From: Eledone cirrhosa | Lineage: Eukaryota | Length of the DNA: 64,000 bases | Direction of reading: 5' to 3' | Assembly: GCA_964016885.1 (NCBI GenBank) | Contig: OZ024741.1 | Location: 333,002,001-333,066,000, forward strand | Part shown: in pieces, positions 28,199 to 42,214 of the stretch | Layout: every line of letters starts with the position of its first letter | Position numbering within the stretch: the stretch's first letter is position 1 | Notes under the pieces: model-generated | The model's input: the letters and a program-made list of their open reading frames with translations, nothing else | Databases searched by the model: none | Told to the model about the DNA's origin: nothing | Position numbers and translations under genes: made by a program

Positions 28199-28897
28199 TA
28201 CCGTGACGATGGTCTTTTGACCATGACTAAGTGCGGACCTCGTGCTTGCGACAGGTTCAGAAAAGAACTCACAGCCTTCTTTAAAGGCTTCAACCTCTCT
28301 ATACAGGTTGAGGCCAATCTCTCGGTCGTTAATTACCTCGACATTACCCTCAACTTATTGAATGGGTTGTATTACCCGTATAGAAAGCCGAATGATACGC
28401 TTAATTACATAAGTAAGCATTCCAACCATCCTGCCAGCATAACCAAGAACCTGGTAAGAAACGTTTCGTTGAGGCTTTCCCGCCTTTCCACCAACGAGCG
28501 TATTTTCAACGACCATTCCACTTATTACAATGAAGCTCTTGCTCGAAGTGGATTTGTCGATAAGGTAGCATATACAGAGTGCGAAAATAGACCTAGAAGA
28601 AATAGATCCCGTCGCATTTGTTGGTATAACCCACCATATAATATGGAGGTGGTCAGACCATTAGCTAAGATCTTTCTTTCCCTTATTACGAAGCATTTTC
28701 CCCCTACACATAAATATAGTAAAATTTTTAATAGAAATACTATTAAAATTTCTTACTCTACGACTCCTAACCTTGCACATAACATCACAGCTTCAAATTT
28801 AGCTAAACTACCTAGCCGTAGGAACACGTGCAACCCTGTAGTTAGTACTAACTGTAATTGTAGGAACCGGGTTGATTGCCCCCTATCCGGGAAATGT
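28199..28897 (+). mobile_element. Penelope-like (Naiad-type) RT C-terminal half plus linker
   Basis: YRDDGL at 28199-28216 in frame with VNYLDITLNL, YRKPN, SNHP, WYNPPY, CNCR..CPLSGKC. Near-identical to 14125-14490. Confidence 0.92.
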
Positions 28898-31800
28898 GTC
28901 CATGATTCTTCTCTAGAGTGCTGCTACTCAATAGTTCAGAGGTCAGGGAGTTGCTCGAGGTAGAGCTGCTACTTCTCTGTTATGAAAGACTACAGCTGTG
29001 GTAATATGGATATGTAGTTAAACTGTCTAATGGAAGAATCACAGGACAGATCTTTAGAGGCAAAGCTGTCCAGCACAATATGCAGAGGCAGACCCCAAGC
29101 AAGATGGTTGGATAACATCCATAACCTCAGTTGATCTCTGTCACTTGGTTATTCAACTGGATCATTTGGAGACAATTGCTTCTTATAGAACCCTCTGGAA
29201 GGTGTGCCGGAGTATTGTCCCCACAACTTTCTCAGGAATAAGTAGGCAAAGAAGAAGGATGAGGATGAAGATGAAGAGGACGAGAAGAAGAAGACATAGA
29301 AAATCATGCATATTTCTGTGTAGCTTTTGTCAACATAGATCACAACCGGTTTCTTTTCAAACACTGTGTTTTTACTATTTAGTGAGCAATTCAATATATT
29401 AACTACACAGCTAATGTACTTTAAACACTAAAGCTAGAGTTTGAAATTGTTTTTTTATTTCTTTTCTCAGCTACTAAAAACAAAAGGCTATAGAAATATC
29501 ATTGAAATTAATTTCAGAAATATTTTTCATTAATAATTTCACATTCATGCGCATGAAATGATAAAGAGTGCGTAAACGGTAATGAAAGCTGGTGAGAAAT
29601 GTCCAATAAAGTATCTATACTATTGCTTTAATTCTTTTCATTGTTGCACTGTCTCTCTGTCTCTGTCTTCTTTCAGTTCCCCATCTTATTTCAAAAACAA
29701 TAGACTTCTTTCAAATCTACATTCTTCAAAATTCTTTACTTCTAAATACTGTCACCATATTTCTTTGATTACATATCAAATCAAAATGTCCTTCTTTCAT
29801 TCTTCCTCATTAATTCTTCCACCACACTTTGGAGTTTACAGTGTGATTCATGTGACTACCTCGGCCATCATCTCTCTTCCCCTCTCTTTCTTCCTCCCAC
29901 TCTCTCCCCCTACCCCTCTCTCCCATCCCTCTCTTTAACTGCAACCCATCCCCCCTCATCATCACACCCTCTTCTTATATCCATTACATTCTTTATTCAT
30001 CCTTCCTTCCACTCCTCATCCACACAAACTCTAAATTAAGAATTAATTGATTTTGCTTTTCTATCTACTCTGAACTTTTTAAGTTTATATCTTAAGGCAG
30101 TTGTAATATACACACACTCACACATACACACACACATATATATATATATATATTTATATATACATATGCACACTCACACACACATATAGATGTAAATAAT
30201 ATAAATTAAATATATACATATATATGTGTGTGTGTGTATATTTATATATGTTTGTATATATATATATATATATGTTTATATATATATATATATATATGTA
30301 TATTCATATATATATATATGTTTATATATATGTTTATATATATATATATATATATATATATGCATGTGTGTGTGTGTATGTGTGCATGTGTATGTGTGTA
30401 TTTACAGATACATTTTCCATACATAATGATTAGATTTCATGTCATTGATATTTTATTAATTATTATTGTCGATGTAATATAGTATTTAGAATATGTTCAC
30501 TGAACCAGATACCTATCTTGTCAGTTCTTCTACATATTATTTCTTATTAATATTATCTACTGTTGTTATATTTTATTAATGATATCAATACCTCCTACAG
30601 GAGATAGATTTGATATATTGTTGTATCTTATACTGATAAAGGGATTTAAGAAACGTTATTTCAGTACTGAACATACAGTTATCCAGGGTATAAGACACTC
30701 TCAGGAGTGTTAGACAATAGTAGGTCTGTAGAGAAGAAGAACTGCCCGCCCCACATACACACACTCAACAAGGTATTTCGGCCCTTAGCTTCCAGGATTT
30801 AAAGAATCATTATTTCTAAACTGGATGCGCCATTACCTACTCTCTTGGAAAGTAGAGTGAAAAAGATTAAAGAAGCATTTATTTCAATATTAAACATAGT
30901 GTTATCTAATGTTTCTGTAAAAATAAACTGAAGTGATTTGAAGAAATATTAATTCAATACTGGACTTGTCATTATTCAGGATTTATAGAAACATTATTTT
31001 AAAATTTTCTCATCTTCTCTGTGAGGTTTAACATTTTGCGATAAGCTATATAGGTGGCAAATTGTTAGAACAGAGTTGTTAGAACATCAGATAGAATGCT
31101 TTGTGGTATTCATTCCTGTTCTCTGAGTTCAAATCCTGCTATGGTCAACTTTATCTTTCATCCATTTCAGGTCAATAAAAAAAGTACCAGTTTAGTACTG
31201 GGGTTAATTTTTTTTCTATATCTCTTTCTTACTTCCATTCTCTCCCTCTCTATTCTTCTCTGGAAGAAATCTGCTGTATTCAGTCTTGAAGAGGAGATGG
31301 GCACTACCAGGTTTTAAAAAAATGACCTAAATATGTCATATGTCAATGCAGCACCCCTATGACTCCATGACTTCCTCGGAAATTATGGGTCCATACTTAT
31401 AATCAGCTCTAACCACCTCAGCCCAGGTCTTTCGCAGCCTTCCTCTACTGCAACTTCCTTCCACTGGCATTACTTGGCCATATACACCACATGTCCAAAC
31501 CAGTCATCTGTCTTGAACACAACTATCTGATTTCCACTATACCCAGCTTTTATCTCAGTTCAGCCATGCTTCATTCTTCATACACACTAATATTGACATC
31601 TGACAGAGCATGCTTTAAATGCATGCATGGTCCCATAACTGCTGAGGAAGTTGTAGTGGGTGCTGTATTGACATACAGCGTTTCTAGGATATTTTAAAAC
31701 CTAGCAGAGCCTACCTCCTCTCCAGGTCTAAATACTGTTTCTTCCAGAGAAGGATAGAAAGTGAGAGAAAGAAAGTGAGAAAGAGATATAGAGGAAGAAT

Positions 31801-33180
31801 TGACACCAGTACTAGACTGGTACTTTTTTTATCAACCTCAAAAGAATGAAAGGCAAAGTTGACCTCAGCAGGATTTGAACTCAGAGAACAGAGAGCCAAA
31901 ATGAATGCTGCAAAGCATTCTATCAAATGTTCTAACAACTCTGCCAATTCACCACCTTTATTTTAAATACTTGATCTTATTCAGTCCTGACTGTTGGAAA
32001 GAAGAGACAGAAGCTGCTCAGCTCCATGCATCAAAATATTTTTCACCTGTAATCTCTGGCTCTCATATCCCACACTTCACTTTAAATCATACTTTAAGAA
32101 AAAACAATGGTTTCTGATTTAGGCACAAGGCCAACAATTTTTGGGCTAAGGGAAAGTCCATTGAATTTATTTTATTGACCCTTGTAATAACAATAGACAA
32201 TACTAGCCTTGTCATAGTTTGAAATCAGTACGTAATGTGGGGGGGGGGGGGAGATAATAAGAAAAGAATTCTAAAAAAAAAAAAATGCATTGATAAATAA
32301 AAACGAAAAAACAAACAAAAAAAGCACGAGACATGAAACAAAAATAATTAGAGTGTTAAATCTCATGATAAGGAAATTCTTATAATGGCATGATTTAGTT
32401 TATTGAAGTAAGATATAATGTCACGATATTCATGCGTTTCAAGTGGGTGGGGATTGATACTGTTATTATATTCCTTGCCAAAATAATTCTATAATTTCCT
32501 AGTTGAGAAGTATTAGGATGTAATGGTGAAATGGCCAGTGAGGCTTTGTTTATCGCTAGCTACATCATGTCATCATGTTCCACAGTGGTCCTGGTAAATA
32601 TTTTAAAATGGGTTTATTAATTCAAATGTTTATAATATCTTTACTAGAAACAAATCATTGTGAGAATTTGCAATATTATCTCTTAACATCGTGCAATGAT
32701 TTAGCAGAAAATTTTAAAATGGGTTTGTTCATTCAAATGTTTATAATTGTTGTAAAAATTAATTACACTATTTGAATTAACTAATGATAAATTTTGAGAG
32801 ATTTACTAAAATTATTAATTATTTCATTACTAAAATATTAACTTAACATATGGTTCTTATATTAAATTATGTTTGTAATTCAAATAGGAACAATTTGAAA
32901 TAGGTGGTTTTGTTCCATAGAAAACCACAACCAGTTTTGGTTGTATTGGTATCAAAAGCATTTATGAAGAACCCTTTAAAATGTATGGTTTTGTTCCGTA
33001 GAAAACCACAACTGGTTTTAGATGTGTTGGTATCAAAAGCATTTATGAAGAACCCTTTAAAATGTATGGTTTTGTTCCATAGAAAATCACAACTGGTTTT
33101 GGTTGTGTTGCTACCAAACGTGTAAATAATTTTCAGGATTTTACTAAAATTATTAATGATTTCATTATTAAAATACTAAT

Positions 33181-33528
33181 GGAGGCTCAGGGCTTAGTGG
33201 TTAGAGCATTGGCCTTGCAATCGAAAGGTTTTGAGTTCAATTCTCAGACCGGGTGATGTGTTGTTTCCTTGAGCAAGACACTTTATTTCACATTGTTCCA
33301 GTTTACTCAGCTGTAGAAATGAGATGATAGGGACTGGGGTCCATATCATTCCACTGCACCAAGGTCGTGGAGGTGCCACGGCAAAAAAGCACCCAGCACT
33401 CAATGTAAATGAGGTTGGTGTTAGGAAGGGCATCCAGCTGTAGAAATCAAGCCAGAATCAGTTCCCGTCCCAGCTTTGCAAGCAGGGAAAAGTGGACGTA
33501 AAATGATGATGATGACGATGATGATGAT
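33181..33528 (+). mobile_element. SINE family A copy
   Basis: Close match to 21059-21443. Confidence 0.9.
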
Positions 33529-33789
33529 AACTTGAAGGCTAATGGATTTGCAGTATCAGTACAGCATTGGACAACATGCTCTGTGGCATATGAAATATTG
33601 CCATGGTTAGCTTTGCTTTTCAGCCTTATGGGGTCATAAAATAAAGTACCAGTTATGCACTGAGGTTGATTTAATCGACTTTTGCCTGCCCCCAAATTGT
33701 TGGTCTTGTGCCTACATCAGAAACCATTATTAACATAGTAATTTAACATATGGTTCTTATATAAAATTATACCGGAAGATTTTAATTTA

Positions 33790-33993
33790 ATATATATATA
33801 CTCGAATATAAGCCAAGGAACATGTGACCAAATATCGATGGTAGAAGCAGGGGGGCGGGTATATTCAGGGTCCATAATTTGACGATTTTCACCAACTTCA
33901 AATTCTACATAAATAAAATTTGTACCTATTTTTCAAACATAAAATAGTGGGGTTGCTTATATTCATATCAGCTTATATTCAAATACATATAGT
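33790..33993. mobile_element. Mariner/Tigger-like MITE remnant
   Basis: Imperfect TIRs tatatactcgaatataagc ... gcttatattcaaatacata. Confidence 0.55.
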
Positions 33994-34009
33994 AGTTATG
34001 AATCCTTAA

Positions 34010-34230
34010 CCCTTTAGCATTTACATTACTCTATATATACTATTGTATTTTCACAGTAAAGGTTTTATTTCACATAATTATCTCGCATAATATTGAATCT
34101 ACGAGATTTTGATACTGTTTATTTTTAGAACAATACCTTAACATGAGTATGAGTGACTGTTTACAGCCAGTTTGATCAGAAATAGGTGAGAAAATTCTGG
34201 CCAGATATGGCTGGTTTAAATGCTAAAGGG
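34010..34230. mobile_element. piggyBac-type MITE
   Basis: TTAA-flanked ccctttagcattt TIRs. Confidence 0.85.
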
Positions 34231-35619
34231 TTAAAATAGGAGGTTTTGCTCCAGAGATTCAAAGTTTGGTATGTAAAGGGTTAACGTTAATCACAGGTGA
34301 ACTTCTGTGGCAGTACATGTTCTTATATGTATGGATTTCAATCTATCTAATCCAATACTAATGTGTTTAATCCTGTCACAACCAAAGACACTCCTATATA
34401 ATCATTACTCACTGCAGAGAGTAAATAAATTTGTTTACTTTCCCCTTAAAGCTTTTCTACCTATCTTTCTCTCCCTTTGCCTTTCACTTTCTCTCTGCTT
34501 ATCCCTCTTTCTGGGCCCTTCTCTCTATCTATCTGTTTTTCTCTCTGCATATTCATAGATTAAATATATTTGTTTTCCATTTCCATTAAACACACACACA
34601 CTCTTTCTCTATCTATCTATCTATCTACCTACTTACCATTAAATACAAACATTCTCTCTCTCTCTATATATATATAGATATATCTACTTACTTACTTACC
34701 ACTAAACACACACACACACCCTCTCCCTCTCTCTTTCTCCCTACCTACCAATACATAAATTTCTTCATGTAAACAGTTAATCATTTTCCAAATCAGTTGT
34801 CTTGCCATGCATCTCTTAGTCGAAGGCATAACTAAGGGGATACTTGGACTTTATGGTTATCTGAAAGATGGGTGTCAGATGTTTGATCAGGGGTGCAATG
34901 TCACTGCTTGCCATGTTTCACTAAGTAGAATCATGAAAGTAACGGATTAAATATCTTAGAAGTTGTTTAAGCTTACTGTGATCTGAGTGTAAATCCTGCT
35001 TTGATCAACTTCACATTTCCCACTTTTGTGGTCAATAAGTAAAGAACCAATCCAGTACTGGTGTTCTCAATCCATTTTTCTTTCTCCTCTCTCTCTCTAT
35101 CGTCCTCCCTTTTCTACCTTCTCACACTCCTCAAACGCTCTTTCCAGTGGGTCCTATCTGTAGCAACCATTTCCAATTGATCTGGCTGGATCTCCAAGCC
35201 ATACCTGCCAAGCTCATGTATCTTATCCAACCATCTTGCCCTGGGTCTCCTGCCAGTTGGTTTTGCCTTTAAAATCTGTCCAGCAATTTATCTCTGAGAC
35301 AATCTAACCACATGTTCGCAATATCAGAGCTGTGATCTCTCAATTCTCCTTTGGAATTTTATCATAATGTCTTTCAGCTTGGAGTAGGATTTCCCAATTA
35401 TTTTTATCTGTTTATTTATTGTCTTTTTTTCATTTTGACAATTCTTTAGTGCCACATAATATTTTTTTCAAACAACCCCAGACGAATTGTTTCAGAGAAA
35501 AATTAGGAATAATAGTTGATCTATTGTGGATCATACATGAATGTATGTCCATAAAACATATACAAATACATAAGGTCAGAACACAAAAGAACCAAACTCC
35601 CACTATCTCGGCCTCTGTT

Positions 35620-35855
35620 TCTCACTATTATGAGCAAATGGGGGCCCATGCGCTGGCCGCCCCGCAACCCTGGCAACAGAATGGAGAAGGCATTTCCCTG
35701 GAGGATAGTGAGAGAGACATGCTGGAAAAGCCATTCCAGCTTGTGATGCTCACATCTGCAGGTAGCCAACCCTGTGTTGATGGTGGTGAGCAGGGAGGTG
35801 GCTCTAGGGCCAAGGACACCAGAAGTCTCCACTGCCACATGGCTTGACCTCAAAT
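35620..35855 (-). mobile_element. CRE-like non-LTR retrotransposon C-terminal restriction-like endonuclease fragment
   Basis: VAVETSGVLGPRATSLL...EWLFQHVSLTILQGNAFSIL fits the AVETxGxxGxxA...LxQRxSxxxQRGNA pattern. Confidence 0.75.
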
Positions 35856-37080
35856 CTGTCGGAGAGTGACCGATATTTAATTGTTTCTACATTATTGCAC
35901 AAAGCCAGCAATTTGAAGGGCAAGAGAAAGTAGATTAAATTGATTCCAGTGCATTACTGGTACATTGTTTTATCGACCAATTATTGCTAATTAGGAATAA
36001 TAATGGTTTCTTTTTTAGGCACAAGGCCAACAATTTAGGAGGATAGGAAAGGCAATTAAATTGACGATAGTGTGTTACTGGTACTTTATTTCATCAAGCA
36101 ATTTAAAGATGAAAGATAAAGCTAACTTCTGTGAGAATTGACCTCAGAATGTAAAGGGTTGTAACTATATGCAGCAATTCATATTGTCTAATGCTCTACT
36201 GATTCTGTCAATACTAATAATGATAATAATTTCTACTTTAGGCACAAGGCCAGCAAATGTTTTTCTTACCTGGAGGGGGTGGGGGTTGGAAAGTAGATTA
36301 TATTGATTCCATTAGTAAACTGGTACATTAGTTTATCAATACGGTAAGGATGAAAGGCAAAGCTAACCTCAGCAAGAGTTGAACTCAGAATGTAAAGGGC
36401 TGTAACTATATGACAATTAAGAATAATAATGAAACTACTACACGAGAAACAACTTGAACATATTGCAAATGTTTCTGTTGGGAAAACATTCATATAATAG
36501 ACCACTGCTTATAAACAAAGGCAAGCCAATAACAACAAAAGCACAATCCTCGCACCAGTTTCTTATTATCATCTTCTGATGAAGGGTGTTTATACCCCAA
36601 ATATTAGGACAACTAAATAACAAGTGACACACCAATATTGTTGTTGCCTTCAATATATTCCAAAATCTACCGTCCATTTTGCAGTGTCGTAGCCTTCAAA
36701 TAACAAACTCCTTTATAAACTAACACAATGCTTCAAGCAAACTACAGCACACATTTGATATCATTTCGGTATATTCAGATGGTCAGACATTTAATAGCCA
36801 GCCTACTTCAATTTAGTGCCTCAATTCCTATTTGGGTCAGCTGTAACTGCCATTTTACCAGAGGTGATGAAATAACTATTAATAATAAATACAGTTGATT
36901 CACCCAGCTCTGTTCCTTCGTCTCTTACAGAAATTGGTCTTCTCTATAGTGGAAAGGTAATTATTAGCAGCTGTTCGAGATTTCCAGTGATTGGTACCAA
37001 AGAATTTCAGGAGATTTTTTCTTTTTATTCCTCATCTGTGTGTGTATATATATATATACTCACACACACACACACATATA

Positions 37081-37135
<55 letters not shown>

Positions 37136-37397
37136 TCACACACATACACAATTATATAAATATATATATATATGTATCTGTGTAGTGTATGTAGGATATC
37201 CATAAATAAAAAGCAAAGGGAAAAATGTTCAATGTAGTACAAGAGTTTATATAGTTTATATTTGTCCTTCCACTTGATGAGAGAGCGTGGTTTTAGAACT
37301 GTTACTCCACTATACAGTGGTCGCAAAACTTGACCCCGAAACCTAAAGTCATGCATTCATGTTAGATGTATAAACTTTAATATAAACTATATATATA

Positions 37398-37545
37398 TTT
37401 GTTTCTACTTTAGGCACAAGGCCAGCAATTACCCAGTTCATTACTGGTACTTTATTTTATCGACCCCGTAAGGATGAAAGGCAAAGTCAACCTCGGCGGG
37501 ATTTGAACTCAGATCGTAAAGGGACGTAACTATGCTGGAAAGCAT
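37398..37545 (-). mobile_element. SINE family B copy
   Basis: ggcacaaggccagcaatt...tatcgaccccgtaaggatgaaaggc...ggatttgaactc. Other copies at 31050, 31800, 36000, 39130, 41237, 54335-54775, 55033 and 59497. Confidence 0.85.
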
Positions 37546-37710
37546 AGAAATGGAAAAAGATGAGTATTGACGTCAATACTCATCTTTTTCCATCTTTTTC
37601 CATTTCTCTGAGGGTTCTAAACCCCACTATCAGGCTAAAATTTCTTTAGTCAAAAAATACGGTGAAAGCTTCTATTTACTAATTTTTATATATATAGTTT
37701 TATATATATA

Positions 37711-38052
37711 TGGAGGCACATGGCTTAGTGGTTAGAGCATTGGGCTTGCAATCGAAAGGTTGTGAGTTCAATTCTCAGACTGGGTGATGTGTTGTTTCCT
37801 TGAGCAAGACACTTTATTTCACATTGCTCCAGTTTACTCAGCTGTAGAAATGAGATGATAGGGACTGGGCTCCCTATCATTCCACTGTAAAGTGGTCGTG
37901 GAGGTGCCATGGCAAAAAAGCACCCAGCACTCACTGTAAATGAGGTTGGTGTTAGGAAGGGCATCCAGCTGTAGAAATCAAGCCAGAATCAGTTCCCGCC
38001 CCACCCTTGCAAGCAGGGAAAAGTGGACGTAAAATGATGAATGATGATGATG
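37711..38052 (+). mobile_element. SINE family A copy
   Basis: Close match to 21059-21443. Confidence 0.9.
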
Positions 38053-38250
38053 TTAATAAAAGATCAGAGACCATATTCAGTTAATTCAGATTTATTTAAA
38101 ACTCTGTTATACATATTTCACTGAGGACTATCAGTTATGATAGCCTGAGCTTTTCAGATGGCAAAACCTAAAATAAACATTGAGAGTTCCTAAGAAACTT
38201 ATAAATTTGGAAAAATCCAATAATTTCCCCGAAAAAGATTTTCTTTTCAG

Positions 38251-38348
38251 GATACAGGGTCCAGCAGAACGCATGGTGTTGTTTCTTTGATGGTCTGTTC
38301 CTGCTTCACAATCAACTGACCATAATGTGGTCTGCACATCTCTGTTTG
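38251..38348 (+). CDS. Putative internal exon of an unidentified host gene
   Basis: Acceptor ttttcttttcAG. Only one frame is open: YRVQQNAWCCFFDGLFLLHNQLTIMWSAHLCL. Donor GTtaac is weak. Confidence 0.45.
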
Positions 38349-38903
38349 GTTAACCCCATACTCTAATATATATATATATGAGATGAATAAGAGTGGGTAT
38401 ATCACTCATTCTTTACTGCCTTACATTAGACCTTTATGACTTTAATCTAATTCGACAATGTCTAAAACACCAATATTTTCCTTACCTCACCTAATCAACA
38501 GTCTTGCATGAGTTTTTCTGAAAAAAAATGTTTAATATCTATAATGTATTGACATTGTTTGGTATTTTTAGGGGACATGCATTCTCCAGGTTTTATATTG
38601 ATTTCTTTGGGGATTTTTCTATTGCTACCTAATTGCATTAGAATTGAAACAAACGTAGAAGTTAAAATGATTTTAAGTATCATTTTTGGTTTTTCACGTG
38701 AATTTAAATTATATATGTATATATATTTTATTGTTGCTTAGTTCCAAGTTGTCTTTGATCAAGGAAGCCTATCGTTAAATGTATTCAAACCATCGTGTTT
38801 TGTGAGGCCCGGTTTTAGATAGGTATGGGCTTCCCCCATTAAAAATATATTTGTTTTACCAGTAGTCCAACCTGTGTCAGTATTGAAAGCAGACATAAAA
38901 GGG

Positions 38904-38935
<32 letters not shown>

Positions 38936-40165
38936 TCATTGATGATGATGATGACGACCACGGTGACGATCACAATGATGATGATGATGATGATCACAAG
39001 GATGATAATGGTGATGAATATGATGATGATGACAGTGATGATGAAGATGATGAGAGTGATGATGATGACAATGATAATGATGATGAAGGAGGATAATGAC
39101 AATAATGATGATGATGACAATGATGATAATTGTTTCTATATTAGGCGCAAGGCCAGCAATTACTCAGTACATTACTGGTACTTTATTTTATCGACCCCGT
39201 AAAGATGAAAGGCAAAGTTAACCTCGGCGGGATTTGAACTCAGATCATAAAGGGACGTAACTCTGATGATAATGATGATAATGATGATAATGATGACAAT
39301 CACTATGATGATAATGATGATGATAATGATGATGAGGATAATGACAATGATGATGATGATAATGACAATCACAATGATGATAATGATGATGATGATGATG
39401 ACAGTGATGATAATGATGATCATGACAGTGATGATGGCATCACAATGATGATGATGATGATGGTGATGACAGTGATGATGATGATAAAGATGTCATTATC
39501 ATCGTAAACTTGCAGTTATGTTATATAGCGAACACAGAGAGAGAGAGATGTAATTGTGGTTCGTTTTAAAGAAATGCTAATTTTGATCTGATAACAATAT
39601 GCATTGTCCAGGTATATAAACGAAGCTGATTAACTTTGAGCTTCTCAGAACATTTTTATTTATTAATTTATTTCTTCATTTATTTCTTTATTTCTTTATT
39701 TATATATTTCTTTATTTCTTTATTTATTCATTTGTTCATTTATTCCTGCTTTTGCTTTGCTATTACTCCTACTCCTTCTAAGTTGTAGAAACACAAACCT
39801 AATGTTTTATAACACACTAATCGTATATTTACATCAAATTATATGACAATGAGTCTTTCTTTCAAAGCTGATCACTGTCTACATTTATTCCATTATTTAT
39901 CCATTCACAAAACTGCCTCTCCTCTTATAAATACAGTGTTTTATTTATATATACATGTGAAATCTATGCTCCGTTTGTTTGTGTGTGTGTCTGTGTGGTT
40001 GTTTTATTTTTATTTCTACTTATGTACAAACTAACCAACGTCCGTCCGCTCCGCGTTTATATTCAATGCATAAAGAAAAAGCATTCTTTGAACAATCCGA
40101 CCATAATAATAAATTAAATACCAACATTTTTCTTTTGATTTTTTATTGTTGTTTTATTATTATTA

Positions 40166-40209
<44 letters not shown>

Positions 40210-40661
40210 GTCATCATCATTATCATCATCATTACTACTACTACTACTACTACTACTAGTAGTACTAGTATTACTACCACTATTAATACCACTACTGCTT
40301 TTGCATTTGAACCCATCATTGTTTATTATATTTCTAAAACTGATATGAGTATTCCTACTTCATCTAATCCAATGATGGTCGTCTAACGTGGGCAATTTTT
40401 TAATAATTTTCTCTCAGTTCCCAAATACATATATTTATCATTTTCTTTGAAGTCTCCTGTTATTTAGCATAAAATAAGATTATGCTAACTGTATTTCTAT
40501 TGCGATTTATCACAATTTTGTAGTGGGGAGATGTTCTCTTGTTGCTATCATACATATTAACAACATTGTTTCCTACAAATCTCCCTCTCTCTCTCTCTCT
40601 ATATATATATATATGATTTTTACATGAATAAAACAGTTCTAGACCTGTAGAAGTCATTTCT

Positions 40662-40701
<40 letters not shown>

Positions 40702-40807
40702 AAAATGGAACGGGAACAAAACAGAGAGGCAGTACGAACAAATATATATAAATATAACAGAGAAGCAGTACGAACATATATATATATATATATATATATT
40801 ATAGAAA

Positions 40808-40862
40808 TGACTTCTACAGGTCTAGAACTGTTTTATTCATGTAAAAATCACCAGGAAAGTCA
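40808..40862 (-). ncRNA. Hammerhead ribozyme (core mutated), one unit of a tandem pair
   Basis: Minus strand: tgactttc-CTGgTGA-...-aAAA-cag ttctagac ctg-TA-gaagtca. Confidence 0.65.
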
Positions 40863-40918
40863 GATAAAATTGGTTGGTCTCATTTGTAGGGTATAGAAAT
40901 CTTTATTTTATAAAGAAA

Positions 40919-40973
40919 TTACTTTTACAGGACTAGAACTGTTTCATTCGTATGAAATCATCAGGGAAAGTCA
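40919..40973 (-). ncRNA. Hammerhead ribozyme, intact core, other unit of the tandem pair
   Basis: Minus strand: tgactttcc-CTGATGA-tttc atac gaat-GAAA-cag ttctagtc ctg-TA-aaagtaa. Confidence 0.75.
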
Positions 40974-41547
40974 GATAAAGTTGGTCACTATTGTTTTCAA
41001 TACTGATCAATATTATGGTGACTTTTCTGTTAATTTCATATGAATGATAAAGTTCTGGATGGAAAGATAGATAGACAGATAGATAGAAAAGTTCAAGTAA
41101 TAACTCACAAAAATTTGGCTTCTAATAAATATTATTCTATTTTATTTTAATATTGACTATTTTCTCTCAGCTTGCATTTCACCCCAGAGATCCCTAGGCT
41201 ACCTACTTATAGATACATATAATAATAATAATAATAATTGTTTCTACTTTTGGTATAAGGCCAGCAATTATCCCAGTGTATTACTGGTACTTTATTTTAT
41301 CGACCCCGTAAGGATGAAAGGCAAAAATTAACCTCGGCGGGATTTGAACTCAGACCGTAAAGGGATGTAACTATGCTGGAAAGCATGGCGTCAGACTCTC
41401 TACCGATACTGCCAATCCATAATAATAAAATGGATGAGGCATTAAATTTTTATTACATTTATTAAGGTGTGACATGCGTTTCACGATTGATCAGCTCAAG
41501 GTTCGATCTGTATCGATTGGGTCTGATTCTGGAATGAAAAGCTCATC

Positions 41548-41602
41548 TGACTTTCCCTGATGATTTCATATGAATGAAACAGTTCTAGTTCTTTAGAAGT
41601 AA
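41548..41602 (+). ncRNA. Hammerhead ribozyme, same family as 40919
   Basis: tgactttcc-CTGATGA-tttcatatgaat-GAAA-cagttctagttctt-TA-gaagtaa. Confidence 0.7.
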
Positions 41603-41734
41603 TTTTTATATAAAATAAAGATTTCTGTTATGGGAATATATATATACAAAAGGCAAACTGAAATAACAAAGCCAACAACACAGTACAATGAAGAAATATA
41701 TTATTAGTTTTATGCTTGATATAGTAAGAAAAAA

Positions 41735-41772
41735 GTCTTAACGTTTCAGATGCTAGTCCTTCATCAGGAAAT
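41735..41772 (-). ncRNA. Minimal hammerhead core with degenerate stem I
   Basis: Minus strand: CTGATGA-agga ctagca tct-GAAACGTT. Confidence 0.5.
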
Positions 41773-42214
41773 AGGAATTAAAGAAGAAATAGAGAGATTG
41801 GGGAGACAGGCAGTGGAAGAAAAAAAAAAACATTTTTTTTTTTAGAAAAAGCAGGTCTATTCACATCGTCATCACATGGAAATCTAGACATAGATATAGT
41901 GTATGTGCTTCAGTGAATTATTGGTGGTGGTACCGATATGAGCACTCAATGAACAAGCAGAGTTTACATAACAAGAAAAATACTTTAATTTTTTGTTGAA
42001 TCACCAGTCTGATGAGCAGATCAATACTGGAGTCAAGTCCATAATTTCCATGAGGGACTTTGACCCAATCATCTACTTAAAATTAGAATTAAAATTTTAA
42101 GTTAAGTCAACTTATACAGCTTCATATGCAAATGGTCTAATCAGCCCACCTACACAGGCGAAACAAACTGTATATTCTCACCTGTTTCAAGTCCCTGCAG
42201 AAAGCAGGGGAAGC

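Noticed and set aside
30630-30668. ctgataa...gaaacgtt hammerhead-like string
   Set aside because: The core is mutated and stem II does not pair.
36574-36612. ctgatgaagggt...accccaaat hammerhead-like string
   Set aside because: GAAA and stems I/III are missing; at best a decayed relic.
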